A DNA stretch of 64,000 nucleotides, from positions 875,245-939,244 of the forward strand of contig NZ_CAXXQZ010000001.1 in assembly GCF_963676475.2 (NCBI RefSeq), given 5' to 3'. A program made the translations under genes and the position numbers. The stretch is from an uncultured Celeribacter sp. Its GTDB lineage: Bacteria > Pseudomonadota > Alphaproteobacteria > Rhodobacterales > Rhodobacteraceae. The notes below the pieces were generated by a model. That model ran no database searches and was not told the DNA's origin. It worked only from the letters and a program-made list of their open reading frames with translations. Positions 48,567 to 60,033 of this stretch are shown here, piece after piece; position 1 is the first letter of the stretch; every line of letters starts with the position of its first letter.

Positions 48567-49058
48567 CTAAAACGTTTCTGGGTTTTCAGGGTCGCCCATG
48601 ATCTCTAGGGCCTTAGACGGCCCGTATTTGCCGCGCAGGAAGCGCCATGTTGCTTCCCTGTCCCGGTTGGTCTCCATGACCTCCATTTGATCGTCTGACG
48701 GTGATTTTTCCTTGCCGGGGACGGTCAAAAGCCATGTGGTCGGCACCTTGCGCCCGCCCTGCCAGTTTTTCATGGGCTTTAGGCTTCCTTCATTGCGCAG
48801 AAAGCGGACGGACGTTCTAACCGTGTCATAGCAACACCCGGCGTCAGCCATGAGTTGTTCTTTTGTGATCGTGACGACCGGCCTATGAAAATCTGCCTTA
48901 TTCCACATGGCCTCTAAAACAAGTCTCTGCGCCAACTTGGCTTTGGTGTTCAAAAAGGCGGCTTTTCTGGTCCGGCGGGTAGCGGCGCAAGCTGATCTGT
49001 ATTCGGCCTCATTTGCGAATCCTGCGCGCTGCCATTTTGGGGCTCTTTTTGTCGTCAT
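48567..49058 (-). CDS. Winged-helix protein, putative replication initiator
   Basis: ITKEQLMADAGCCYDTVRTSVRFLRNEGSL HTH plus wing (GGRKVPTTW); directly adjacent to the iterons and DnaA box. Confidence 0.6.
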   Translation of the reverse strand: MTTKRAPKWQRAGFANEAEYRSACAATRRTRKAAFLNTKAKLAQRLVLEAMWNKADFHRPVVTITKEQLMADAGCCYDTVRTSVRFLRNEGSLKPMKNWQGGRKVPTTWLLTVPGKEKSPSDDQMEVMETNRDREATWRFLRGKYGPSKALEIMGDPENPETF

Positions 49059-49282
49059 CTCTTCGCCCCAGCACTGCGAAGCATTGCCGCTACATCATCG
49101 ACCATAAACATCAGCGGAAGATTGCCGATTGTCCCGGCCTCTTTCATGGCTTTGATCTGCAAGGAAATGGCCGCTTCGGTGCGCTTTAGTGCCCTAGCAA
49201 TGGTCGCATTCTTAATTCCACGCGCATATCCGATGCGGATGCAGTCTTTTTCAAATTCAGTTATTAACCTGCCCCGTGCCAA
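49055..49282 (-). CDS. Small HTH regulator (TTG start)
   Basis: KNATIARALKRTEAAISLQIKAM HTH; GAAAGG RBS; ATGA coupling to rep. Confidence 0.7.
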   Translation of the reverse strand: MARGRLITEFEKDCIRIGYARGIKNATIARALKRTEAAISLQIKAMKEAGTIGNLPLMFMVDDVAAMLRSAGAKR

Positions 49283-49445
49283 TTCTTGACTGCCTTTCTG
49301 TATTGGCGTTAATATGGGAACAGGCCTCTAACGAGGTGATGCATCCTTGGTCGGGTGTGTCGGCTGGCCTCCAGTTTATCGGCTCCTGCCGTTTGGCAAC
49401 TGGACTGCCAGCCCATAACCCCCAGCCCTACATATCGTATCTACG

Positions 49446-49473
49446 TTTTACCGTAGTACCAATTATAAGATAA
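49446..49473 (-). other. Degenerate dif-like site (attR)
   Basis: Minus strand reads TTATCTTATAA-TTGGTA-CTACGGTAAAA: same 6-bp core as attL, related XerC arm, degenerate XerD arm. Confidence 0.75.
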
Positions 49474-49529
49474 TAGACACAATGCTGAGCTCAATACCAA
49501 ACCCATGCAACCCATGCAAAACCCAACGC

Positions 49530-50174
49530 TCAGTCACACAAAGACGTCACCCAGAGGATCGTCGCATCCTCCGGGCTGATCGAAATCACGTTGTGCCCCA
49601 TCGAGGCGTCGTAATAGGCACTGTCGCCACGGCGCATCTCGACGGGTTCGTAGAACTCGGTGATCAACTTGATGACGCCCGTGAGCACATAGAGGAATTC
49701 TTCGCCGTCATGGCGCACCCAGCCATCGAATTCCTCGAAGGCGCGCGCCCGAATGGTGGCGCGATACGGCAGCATGGATTTCTTGGTCAAAGCGCCCGCC
49801 AGCATCTCATGTTCATAGGTCGCCGTCGGATGCGCTGCGCCCTCGCCTGATTTCGTTACCGCCATGCGACCGGAAATTTGCGCCTTTTGCGGCGGCGTGA
49901 AAAGCTGCGGCACGGAAATCTCCAAACCGACAGCAAGCTTTTTCAGCGCATCATAGGTTGGCGACATCTGGCCGTTCTCGATCTTCGACAGCGTCGAGCG
50001 CGCCAGACCGGCCTGCGTTGCCGCCTGCTCCAAGGTCCAGCCGCGTGCTTTGCGCAGTTCACGCACACGCAATCCCAAATCCAGAGGCCGCGCCTCATCA
50101 GGGGCAGCTTCGACACCTTCGCGGGCCAGTCGGATGAGGCTCGGGGTGTGATCTTGAGTGTGATCGTCTTGCAT
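49530..50174 (-). CDS. XRE-family regulator with cupin domain
   Basis: WTLEQAA...STLSKIENGQMSP HTH; HDGEEFLYVL cupin. Confidence 0.9.
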   Translation of the reverse strand: MQDDHTQDHTPSLIRLAREGVEAAPDEARPLDLGLRVRELRKARGWTLEQAATQAGLARSTLSKIENGQMSPTYDALKKLAVGLEISVPQLFTPPQKAQISGRMAVTKSGEGAAHPTATYEHEMLAGALTKKSMLPYRATIRARAFEEFDGWVRHDGEEFLYVLTGVIKLITEFYEPVEMRRGDSAYYDASMGHNVISISPEDATILWVTSLCD

Positions 50175-50368
50175 GGCGATCTTTTAGCGCGCCAAAGAGA
50201 GAAAGGAAAAGGCCAAAAGAAGACCCCCGGATGCTGTTGCCGCATCTTCGGGGGCTCTTTAAACGTCACACTCATGACCTCATGGGCAATGAGACGAGAC
50301 GCTTTGGGCAGGATCAGTTGGGGGGACTGCTCGTGAGGTTTTTTGCCTGCCCTAATCTTATATCCGGG

Positions 50369-50599
50369 TCACTCAAGGTCCGGCAGCGGCGCGATAAGGA
50401 ATTCGACATCCGTCAATCCGCCGGTCACCTGACGTGCCACCAGCGTATCAAGCGCGCCACCCGCAATGGCGGCTGCGGCCAGAAACCCCAGAACCAGCGT
50501 CGCCATCGGCATCCGAAAACGACGATGTTTGGCGTTGAGCGTCGCCTGAAGCGAACGGCCCTGAAACGTGGTGAAGTGATTGGTGTCCTGCGCTGCCAT
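50369..50599 (-). CDS. Small membrane hypothetical protein
   Basis: 76 aa with one TM segment; GAGGGG RBS. Confidence 0.45.
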   Translation of the reverse strand: MAAQDTNHFTTFQGRSLQATLNAKHRRFRMPMATLVLGFLAAAAIAGGALDTLVARQVTGGLTDVEFLIAPLPDLE

Positions 50600-50931
50600 G
50601 AAAGACCCCTCGATACCCGGAGAAACTTATATGTTGCAAATAGTTAACCACGATTCTCGGGGTCCTGTCATGCGCTCTGAACTGACACAATTTCCACCCC
50701 AAAATGCCACCCGAGAGCTAGACCAAAGAGCGAACAAATCAGGAACTCACATGGTTTGCAAAGTTGCAAACCCACCCCAAACACAAGATATAGGTCAACG
50801 AGAACATCCGATCCGGCGCAAATTGTGAGGCGCGAGAATATTTTCCTTTTCGCACCCCCTCCCCTCTGCCGCGCGGATCGGCTAGAACCACGCAACTCAA
50901 AATCCTCACACAATCCCCTCACGAGGCCCCG

Positions 50932-51570
50932 ATGATCACGCTCGACATTTTCCACGACCCGATCTGCCCCTGGTGCTACATCGGCAAAACCCGCCTCGAC
51001 CGCGCTCTCGAAGCCCGCCCTGATCACCCCTTCGCGATCCAGTGGCATCCGTTCCAATTGAACCCGACGATGCCAAAAGAGGGCCTGGATCGCCTCACCT
51101 ACCTTGAGATGAAATTCCACGGCACCGAGGGCGCGATGAAGGCCTATCGTCCGGTGATCGACATCCTCCACAAGGAGATGCCGCAGGTCGATCTGGGCAA
51201 GATCAAACGCACGCCGAACACGCTCGACGCGCATCGCCTCGTGCATTGGGCCGGAATCGACGGGCGCCAGACCGCCGCCGTCTCCACCCTCTTCCGCGCC
51301 TATTTCAAGGAAGGCCGCGACATCGGGTCCCGCGACGTGCTGGCCGAGATTGCCGGCGAGATCGAGATGGACCCGGACGCCATCGCCCGCCTTCTGGACA
51401 CGGATGCAGACATCGAAGAGATCGTCGCCCGCGACACCCACGCCCGTGAGCGCGGCATCAAGGCGGTGCCAACCTTTATCATCGACAACCTGCACGCGGT
51501 CGAAGGCGCGCAGCCGACCGAGCTTTGGCTTGAGGTGATCGACGAGCTGACCGAGCGCACCGCACTTTAA
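50932..51570 (+). CDS. DsbA/FrnE family oxidoreductase
   Basis: DPICPWCYIG and AVPTFII motifs. Confidence 0.92.
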   Translation: MITLDIFHDPICPWCYIGKTRLDRALEARPDHPFAIQWHPFQLNPTMPKEGLDRLTYLEMKFHGTEGAMKAYRPVIDILHKEMPQVDLGKIKRTPNTLDAHRLVHWAGIDGRQTAAVSTLFRAYFKEGRDIGSRDVLAEIAGEIEMDPDAIARLLDTDADIEEIVARDTHARERGIKAVPTFIIDNLHAVEGAQPTELWLEVIDELTERTAL

Positions 51571-51694
51571 AGCCGCCGCACACCTGTCAGACATCTGTGC
51601 ATTCCCGCAGAGCCACCCCGCCAAGTCTCAGACTGTTCAAACCACCCGGAGGCCAATAGGGTCCCCGGGCGTTTCCTTATTGAAAGAGTCCCCC

Positions 51695-52939
51695 ATGCCG
51701 CGTCGCCTGCCGCAACTCGAATTTACCATCCTGCTTGCCATGCTGTTTGCGACCGTGGCCTTTTCCATCGACGCCATGCTGCCCGGCCTGCCCCAGATCG
51801 CCGCCGATCTGTCGCCCGACGACGTCAACCGTGCGCAGCTCGTGCTCACCGCCTTCGTCTTCGGCATGGGCGGCGGCACGTTGATCTCCGGTCCGATTTC
51901 GGACCATTTCGGGCGCAAACCGGTGATCCTCTTCGGTCTGGGCCTCTATACCGTCGGCGCCGTGATCGCAGGCCTGTCGCACAGTATGGAAATGATGCTG
52001 ATCGGCCGCGCCATTCAAGGTGTCGGGGGCGCTTTCCCCCGCACCGTCGGGATCGCCATGGTGCGCGACCTCTATGAGGGCCGCGAAATGGCCAAGATCA
52101 CCTCTTTCGTGATGACCATCTTCATGGTCGTGCCCGCCGCAGCACCCTCGATCGGCGCGATGATCATCGCGGACTTCGGTTGGCATGGCATTTTCGCCGC
52201 CTTCGTTCTGGTCGCCGTGATCGGCGCCACATGGATGAGCCTGCGCCAAGGCGAAACGCTCGACCCCGAGAACCGTCGTCACCTCAACCTCACCGACCTG
52301 AAATCCGGCACCAAAGAGGTCTTTGGCAATTACAATGTGCGCATCTATACCGTGATCCTGATGCTGGGGTTCGGCCAGATGTTCTCGATCCTCTCCTCGG
52401 TCCAACAGATTTATTCCGACACCTATGGCCTCGAAGAAGTCTTCCCCTACTTCTTCGGCGCGACCGCTTTGATCTCTGCCGTGGGCGCGATCATGAACGG
52501 GCGGATGGTCGGTGAAAAAGGCATGCATTTCATGATCCGCATGGGCTACGGCATCTCTCTCACCGCCTCTGTCGTCGCCCTCACTCTGAACCTTTTCGGG
52601 CTCGGATCCGGCACCTTCGGCTTTGTAGTCTTCTTCCTCTGGACCGTGGCGATGTTCTCGATCAACGCCTTCACCTTTGGCAACCTGAACGCCTTGGCCT
52701 TGGTGCCTCTGGGACGTCTCGCAGGCCTTGCAAACTCGCTGATCGGCGCGGTGTTCACCATGGGCTCCGTCCTGATCGCCGCCCCCGTGGGTCTTGCGTT
52801 CAACGGCACGCCGATCCCGGTGATGGCGGCGGGCATGATCTGTTCCGCGCTGGCGCTCATCCTGTTCCGCTTCGAGGACAGCGCCACGGCCCCGCATGGT
52901 GCGCCAAAAGCTGACGCTCCAGCCAAACCTGCGGAATAA
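51695..52939 (+). CDS. Bcr/CflA MFS efflux transporter
   Basis: SIDAMLPGLP, SDHFGRKPV, VRDLYEGREMA. Confidence 0.9.
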   Translation: MPRRLPQLEFTILLAMLFATVAFSIDAMLPGLPQIAADLSPDDVNRAQLVLTAFVFGMGGGTLISGPISDHFGRKPVILFGLGLYTVGAVIAGLSHSMEMMLIGRAIQGVGGAFPRTVGIAMVRDLYEGREMAKITSFVMTIFMVVPAAAPSIGAMIIADFGWHGIFAAFVLVAVIGATWMSLRQGETLDPENRRHLNLTDLKSGTKEVFGNYNVRIYTVILMLGFGQMFSILSSVQQIYSDTYGLEEVFPYFFGATALISAVGAIMNGRMVGEKGMHFMIRMGYGISLTASVVALTLNLFGLGSGTFGFVVFFLWTVAMFSINAFTFGNLNALALVPLGRLAGLANSLIGAVFTMGSVLIAAPVGLAFNGTPIPVMAAGMICSALALILFRFEDSATAPHGAPKADAPAKPAE

Positions 52940-52942
52940 TCC

Positions 52943-55900
52943 TTATTTCTTAACCGGTTGCGCAGCGCCCTTCGCGAATTTTGCGAGGTCCTGCGCAATC
53001 GCATAGGCGCCTTTGATCTTGTCGCTGTCTTTTTTCCAGTCGCGACGAATGATGATCTTATTGTCCTTGACCTTCGCCTGCCCCTTTTGCGCGTGGATGA
53101 ATTCCACAAGCCCCGCCGGGTTGGCGTATTTGTCGTTATGGAACTGGAGCGTCGCCCCCTTCGGCCCGCCGTCCAGACGCGCAATGCCCGCCTCGCGGCA
53201 TTTTTCCTTGATCCGAACAACGAGCAGCAAGGTATTGACCTCTTTGGGCAATTTCCCAAACCGGTCGATCAGCTCTGCGGCAAAGCCTTCCAACTCTACT
53301 TTGGTCTTGAGGCCAGAGAGACGCCGGTAAAGCCCCAAGCGCACATCGAGATCAGGCACATAGGTTTCCGGGATCAGCACCGGCACGCCGAGGTTGATCT
53401 GCGGCGCCCATTGACCGTCGTCGTCGAGGCTCACCGCCTCCTCGCCCGATTTGATCCGCGCAATCGCCTCTTCCAGCATGGATTGATAGAGCTCGAACCC
53501 GACCTCCTTGACGTGACCGGACTGCTCCTCACCCACCAAATTACCTGCACCGCGAATATCAAGATCTTGAGATGCAAGGGTAAATCCTGCTCCAAGCGTA
53601 TCCAGAGAGCCAAGCACACGCAGCCGTTTTTCCGCTTGAGGCGTCAAGGGCGCACGGGGTTTAGTGGTCAGATAGGCATAGGCGCGGGTTTTCGCCCGGC
53701 CCACCCGGCCCCGGATTTGGTAAAGCTGCGCAAGTCCGAACATATCGGCGCGGTGCACCACCATCGTGTTCGCGGTCGGAATGTCGATGCCGCTCTCGAC
53801 AATCGTGGTCGCCAAAAGCACGTCATATTTGCCGTCGTAAAAGGCATTCATCCGATCATCCAACTCGCCCGCCGCCATCTGGCCATGCGCAACCACATGG
53901 GTCAGCTCCGGCACATGGTTTTTGAAGAAATCCTCAATGTCTGGAATATCGCTGACACGCGGCACGACGAAAAACGACTGCCCGCCCCGGTAATGTTCGC
54001 GCAACAGCGCCTCACGCACCGTCACCGTGTCGAATTCCGAAACATAGGTGCGGATCGACAGCCGGTCGACCGGCGGCGTGCCAATGATCGACAGATCGCG
54101 CACGCCGGTGAGCGACATTTGCAGCGTCCGCGGGATCGGCGTGGCCGAAAGCGTCAGCACATGAATGTTGGATTTCAAAGACTTAAGGCGCTCTTTATGT
54201 GTAACGCCGAAACGCTGTTCCTCATCCACAATCAGCAGACCCAGATTGGCGAATTTTACTGATTTCGCCAGCAAAGCGTGGGTGCCGACGACAATATCGA
54301 CGGTGCCCTCGGCCAGATCCTCGCGGGTTTTCGCCATATCTTTCGCGGACACAAAGCGCGACATCGGTCTGATATTGATGGGAAATCCCCGGAACCGCTC
54401 GGCAAAGCTGCGGAAGTGTTGCCGCGCCAAAAGCGTCGTCGGCGCGATCACCGCGACCTGCGCCCCTGACAGCGCCGCGACAAAGGCCGCGCGCATCGCC
54501 ACCTCGGTCTTGCCAAAGCCCACGTCGCCACAGATCAGCCGGTCCATCGGCATCCCACGCTCCAGATCATCGAGGCAATCCTCGATGGCTTTCAGCTGAT
54601 CCTCGGTCTCGGAATAGGGAAAACGCGCACAGAAGGCCTCCCACATATCGGCGGGCGGCTCCATGATTGGCGCTTTGCGGAGGTGGCGTTCGGCGGCGAT
54701 GCGGATGAGCTTTTCGGCCACCTCGCGGATGCGTTCCTTCATCCGCGCTTTCTTGGCCTGCCATGCGCCGCCGCCGAGCTTGTCCAAAAGCCCTTCATCA
54801 TGACCATAGCGGCTTAGAAGCTCAATGTTTTCAACGGGAAGGTAAAGCCGATCCCCGCCCGCATATTCGAGCAAAAGGCACTCATGCGCGGCGCCCAAGG
54901 CGGTCACGACCTCAAGCCCGCGGAAAATGCCCACGCCATGTTCGACATGGACGATCAGATCGCCGGGGCTGAGCGAACTATGTTCGGTCAGGAAGTTCTC
55001 GGCCTTTTTGCGCCGTCCCGGTCGGCGAACCAAACGGTCGCCCAGCACGTCCTGTTCGGAGATCACCGTTACGGATTGGCCCTCACCGACAGGGGCCTCG
55101 AACCCCTGCTCCAGCGCCCAAACCGAGAGATAAACTCCACCCGTGCCGTCGGGCACATCGCGCCAGTCGGAGATCTCCTTGCCCGCGACGTCTTGGTCTT
55201 CCAAGAGCGATTTCAGACGATCTCGCGCCCCTTCGGACCAGCTTGCCAGCACAACCTGGCCAAGGCTCCGGCGTTTTTGGACGTGGACCGCCAGTTCTTC
55301 GAAAAGATTGACGCCTTCCATCTGGCGTTCCGGCGAGAAATTGCGCCCGACACGCCCGCCCGCGTCAATCACACCGGGGCCTGTGGCCTGTGGCAGTGGA
55401 TGGAAATGGATCACGCGACGGCCTGCGGTGGCGGCCTCCCAAGCGGCATCATCCAGATACAACAACCCCGGCGGACAGGGTTTATAGACCGAGTCCATCC
55501 GGCCTTTGGCATTCAACGCCTCGCGCCGGGTCTGGTATTGGTCTTCGATGCCTTCCCAACGCGAAAGACGCGCCGCAGTGGATTGATCGTCAAGGGAAAT
55601 CACCGCTTCCGGCAGGTAGTCGAACAGCGTCTCCAGCCGCTCGTGGAAATAGGGCAGCCAATGCTCCATGCCGGCGTGTTTGCGCCCGGCGGAGACGGCC
55701 TCGTAGAGCGGATCGTCCGTGCCTGCGGCGCCGAATTCGATGCGATAATTCTGACGAAATCGCGTGATCGCAGTCTCGTCCAAAATGACCTCGGAGACGG
55801 GCGTGAAACTCACCTCTTTGAGGCTGTCGACGGTCTTTTGAGACGCCGGATCGAACCGGCGAATGCCGTCCAATTCGTCGCCAAAGAAATCCAACCGCAC

Positions 55901-56419
55901 CGGCAGCACTTGTCCCGGCGGATAGACGTCGATGATACCGCCCCGGATCGCGTAATCGCCATGCTCGACCACGGTCGGGGCCTGTGTGAACCCCATACGA
56001 ACGAAAAACGCCCGCAGATCGGCCTCGTTGACGCGCTGACCTTTCGCGAGGGTAAAGGCCGCCCCGGCAAGCGTGTCGCGCGCGGGCAGTTTTTGCGTCG
56101 CGGCCGAAAGCGTGGTCAAAAGCACAAAACGCTTGGGCACCGATCCATGCGCCAGAGCGGCCAAAGTCGCCATCCGCTGTGCCGAAAGATCGGCATTGGG
56201 CGACATCCGGTCGAAAGGCAAACAGTCCCAGGCGGGAAATTCGATGACCGGCAGGTCGGGTGCGAAGAATTTCAACCCTTCGCGCAGCGCCGCCAGCCGT
56301 TTGTCATCGCGCGCCACATGGATCACCGGCCCATTCGCACGGGTGACTTCGCGCGCCAACAGATGCGCGTCGAAGCCTTCGGGCGCGCCCCCGACGATCA
56401 GATGAGTGGATTTACTCAT
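52943..56419 (-). CDS. mfd: Transcription-repair coupling factor
   Basis: [38 protein letters not shown]. Confidence 0.98.
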   Translation of the reverse strand: MSKSTHLIVGGAPEGFDAHLLAREVTRANGPVIHVARDDKRLAALREGLKFFAPDLPVIEFPAWDCLPFDRMSPNADLSAQRMATLAALAHGSVPKRFVLLTTLSAATQKLPARDTLAGAAFTLAKGQRVNEADLRAFFVRMGFTQAPTVVEHGDYAIRGGIIDVYPPGQVLPVRLDFFGDELDGIRRFDPASQKTVDSLKEVSFTPVSEVILDETAITRFRQNYRIEFGAAGTDDPLYEAVSAGRKHAGMEHWLPYFHERLETLFDYLPEAVISLDDQSTAARLSRWEGIEDQYQTRREALNAKGRMDSVYKPCPPGLLYLDDAAWEAATAGRRVIHFHPLPQATGPGVIDAGGRVGRNFSPERQMEGVNLFEELAVHVQKRRSLGQVVLASWSEGARDRLKSLLEDQDVAGKEISDWRDVPDGTGGVYLSVWALEQGFEAPVGEGQSVTVISEQDVLGDRLVRRPGRRKKAENFLTEHSSLSPGDLIVHVEHGVGIFRGLEVVTALGAAHECLLLEYAGGDRLYLPVENIELLSRYGHDEGLLDKLGGGAWQAKKARMKERIREVAEKLIRIAAERHLRKAPIMEPPADMWEAFCARFPYSETEDQLKAIEDCLDDLERGMPMDRLICGDVGFGKTEVAMRAAFVAALSGAQVAVIAPTTLLARQHFRSFAERFRGFPINIRPMSRFVSAKDMAKTREDLAEGTVDIVVGTHALLAKSVKFANLGLLIVDEEQRFGVTHKERLKSLKSNIHVLTLSATPIPRTLQMSLTGVRDLSIIGTPPVDRLSIRTYVSEFDTVTVREALLREHYRGGQSFFVVPRVSDIPDIEDFFKNHVPELTHVVAHGQMAAGELDDRMNAFYDGKYDVLLATTIVESGIDIPTANTMVVHRADMFGLAQLYQIRGRVGRAKTRAYAYLTTKPRAPLTPQAEKRLRVLGSLDTLGAGFTLASQDLDIRGAGNLVGEEQSGHVKEVGFELYQSMLEEAIARIKSGEEAVSLDDDGQWAPQINLGVPVLIPETYVPDLDVRLGLYRRLSGLKTKVELEGFAAELIDRFGKLPKEVNTLLLVVRIKEKCREAGIARLDGGPKGATLQFHNDKYANPAGLVEFIHAQKGQAKVKDNKIIIRRDWKKDSDKIKGAYAIAQDLAKFAKGAAQPVKK

Positions 56420-56423
56420 GGGT

Positions 56424-56951
56424 TCAGCCCCCCAAAGGCCCGGTGGCGATGTTCTGATACATGCCCCACATGGCGGTGACGAAGATCGAACACATGCCGA
56501 TCAACTGGACATAAAAGCGATGCCGACGCAGCACGGCGACGAGCGCTTCGCCTTTGGTCTCTTCCGTAATGATCTTTTGCGCCGTACGAATGTTGAGCGC
56601 GCCGACGAAAATCATCGGGAACGCCATCATGAACACGGCCTGCGAGAATTGCAGCCCATAGCCAAAGCCGGTGATCGCCAGAATGACGATCAAGGCGCTG
56701 CCCAAACCCGTCAGCACCAGCCCGGACACCTCAGCAATGTTCGACAGCCGCCCGCAGTTGATCCGCACGAGGTCTTCGAGATCGCGCATCCGGTCGCCGC
56801 CCTGACGTTTGGCCTTGAGCGCCAGATCGAAGGGCACGCCGAGGACGAAATGCGAGGCGGTGGACCAGAGCACCGCCAAAGCGATCCAGTACCACATGTT
56901 CGAAAAGGACCGCATGTCGATCACTTCGAAAATGGTTGCGTAGAAATCCAA
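56424..56951 (-). CDS. Conserved membrane protein (often labelled component of SufBCD complex)
   Basis: IDMRSFSNMWYWI motif; several TM segments; precedes mfd. Confidence 0.7.
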   Translation of the reverse strand: MDFYATIFEVIDMRSFSNMWYWIALAVLWSTASHFVLGVPFDLALKAKRQGGDRMRDLEDLVRINCGRLSNIAEVSGLVLTGLGSALIVILAITGFGYGLQFSQAVFMMAFPMIFVGALNIRTAQKIITEETKGEALVAVLRRHRFYVQLIGMCSIFVTAMWGMYQNIATGPLGG

Positions 56952-57040
56952 GGCGCTGCTCTTTTCTGTCGGTTATCTGGATCGTGGCGCGCAAATGTCG
57001 CAGGGTTGTAGGGCCGCTCCCACTCTTTTGAACAGGTTAG

Positions 57041-58135
<1,095 letters not shown>

Positions 58136-58274
58136 GGCTAGAAATCGGCAAAACCTTACCAACCCCTACTATCGGTGGTGTTTTGCCGATGACACCGGCA
58201 AAACATTGCGGTTATAGTATGGGCAATTGGGCCATTCAGAGCCCTCTGAGGCATAGCAGCAAAGGGATACCCTT

Positions 58275-58832
58275 ATGACGATTTCCAATCGCCGGACCTT
58301 CATGATTGGCCTAGGCAGCGCCGGTCTTTTGGCCGCCTGCGACAACTCCATGCGTTCGAATGGCGCAGCCACGATCGACGCCCGCGTCGACAGTACGCTC
58401 AACTATCTCTATTCCGACTACCCCGGCACCCAGACCCTGCGTGACAAATCCGTTGGCATGCTGGTGATGCCCTTGATCACCAAGGCCGGTTTCGGCGTCG
58501 GGGGCTCTTATGGCCGCGGCGCGCTGCGTGTGGGCGGTGCGACGGTGGATTACTATTCCTCCACCCAAGCCACATTCGGTCTTCAGATCGGGGCCCAGCA
58601 ATATGCCCATGTGCTGTTCTTCATGACCAACGAAGCACTGGCCGGTTTCCGCAATTCGCCGGGTTGGTCCGCTGGCGCCGATCTCGAATATGCCTTGTCG
58701 AACAAGGGTGAGAACCTCTCGGCAGAAACCATGACCTCTTTGTCGCCGGTGATCGCGGTGGTTTTCGGTCAGGCCGGTCTGATCGCGGGCGCGACGGTCG
58801 AGGGCACGAAATATACGCGGATCATTCCCTGA
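58275..58832 (+). CDS. Tat lipoprotein with Ysc84 actin-binding-like domain
   Basis: NRRTF...LLAAC signal; KAGFGVGGSYGRG, GLQIGAQ. Confidence 0.85.
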   Translation: MTISNRRTFMIGLGSAGLLAACDNSMRSNGAATIDARVDSTLNYLYSDYPGTQTLRDKSVGMLVMPLITKAGFGVGGSYGRGALRVGGATVDYYSSTQATFGLQIGAQQYAHVLFFMTNEALAGFRNSPGWSAGADLEYALSNKGENLSAETMTSLSPVIAVVFGQAGLIAGATVEGTKYTRIIP

Positions 58833-58920
58833 TTTGCAGTTAAAGCATGGCATGAAAAAGGCGGGCCAAGGCCCGCTTTTTATTTGAGTATTTTTGCCAA
58901 GAAAAACACGCGCAGAAAAA

Positions 58921-60033
58921 TTATGGCACCGCTTCTTCCAGCACGCCGTCGGCTGACATCTGGGCATAGAGCAGACCTTCACGCAGACCGCGGTCGGCCA
59001 CGGAGAGACGATCCGTCGGCCAGATGCGCAAAAGCGCCTGAAGGATCGCAGAGCCGGACATGATCAATTCCTGACGGTCGCGCCCGATGCGCGGGTCACG
59101 TTTGCGCCCTTCCGGGCCCAAATCGAGATAGTCGCGGATCACGCGGTCAATCTGCTCCGACGTCATGCGCAGCCCGTCCACCTTGTTGCGGTCGTAGCGT
59201 TTCAACCCCAGATGCGAGGCGGCCACCGTGGTCACCGTGCCGGACGTGCCGATGATCTGGAACCCCTCGCGGCAGGATTCATTGGCATAGGGCGCGAAAT
59301 CGGCAAGCTTTTCCTCGAAATACCAAGACATCAGCGCGAAACGTGCGGCGTCGTCCTCGACGTCGGAGAATTGCTCCATCAGGGTTGCGACGCCCAGAGG
59401 CACGGAAATCCAATCGACGACCTTGGCATGCGGAAAGCGGCTGTCGGAATTCTGGAACCCGGTGTGCAACCGCATGATCGACCGCGGGCGTTCGGCGCGC
59501 GGCACATTGGTCAGGTCGATCCAGACAAGCTCCGTCGAGCCGCCGCCGATGTCGACCACCAAAAGCTGTTCGGTTTTCGTCGACACCAAAGGCGCGCAGG
59601 AAATCACCGCCAGACGCGCCTCTTCCTCTGGCTTGATGATCTCAAGCTTCAGCCCGGTCTCACGTTGCACCCGGCGCAGGAAATCACGCGTGTTGCGCGC
59701 ACGACGACAGGCCTCTGTCGCCACGAGGCGCATATGTTTGACATCGTGTTTCTCGAGCTTTTTGCGGCAGACCCTGAGGGCCTGAATCGTGCGCGAGATC
59801 GAGGTACGACACAGCCGACCAGAGGCCTCTAACCCGCTGCCGAGTTGGACCGATTTCGAAAAACTGTCGACCACATGAAACTGACTGCCCTTCGGTTGAG
59901 CAATCAACATGCGGCACGAATTGGTGCCGAGATCCAGCGCGGCATAAAGCTCGGCCGGATCGGCGGGTTTGGGTGCGAGAGGCTCGACCGCTTTCGGGAA
60001 CGCGCCCGCACCAGTGGGACGCTTGGGCGCCAT
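58921..60033 (-). CDS. Ppx/GppA phosphatase family
   Basis: ALDLGTNSCR, VATEACR, DIGGGSTE, DRGLREG. Confidence 0.92.
   Translation of the reverse strand: MAPKRPTGAGAFPKAVEPLAPKPADPAELYAALDLGTNSCRMLIAQPKGSQFHVVDSFSKSVQLGSGLEASGRLCRTSISRTIQALRVCRKKLEKHDVKHMRLVATEACRRARNTRDFLRRVQRETGLKLEIIKPEEEARLAVISCAPLVSTKTEQLLVVDIGGGSTELVWIDLTNVPRAERPRSIMRLHTGFQNSDSRFPHAKVVDWISVPLGVATLMEQFSDVEDDAARFALMSWYFEEKLADFAPYANESCREGFQIIGTSGTVTTVAASHLGLKRYDRNKVDGLRMTSEQIDRVIRDYLDLGPEGRKRDPRIGRDRQELIMSGSAILQALLRIWPTDRLSVADRGLREGLLYAQMSADGVLEEAVP

Larger units (their letters stand above)
41071..49462 (-). mobile_element. Integrase-less double-jelly-roll (PM2/Vinavirales-like) prophage integrated at dif, ~8.4 kb
   Basis: MCP, packaging ATPase, spike, membrane proteins, lysozyme and replicon, all on the minus strand; flanked by TACCAATTAT direct repeats within dif-like sites. 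Confidence 0.9.

Noticed and set aside
48067-48570. ORFs of 80-167 aa across the origin region on both strands
   Set aside because: Low-complexity Pro/Gly/Arg products, no RBS or coupling, and they overlap iterons; likely spurious
41259-49282. Alternative identity as an inovirus, GTA or tailed prophage remnant
   Set aside because: No Zot ATPase with TM or pVIII pattern, and no HK97 capsid, portal or terminase; the MCP and A32-like ATPase indicate a DJR virus
49493-49519. Extra ATACCAA and a 9-bp tandem ACCCATGCA just outside attR
   Set aside because: No XerC/XerD arms around it; short repeats are expected by chance
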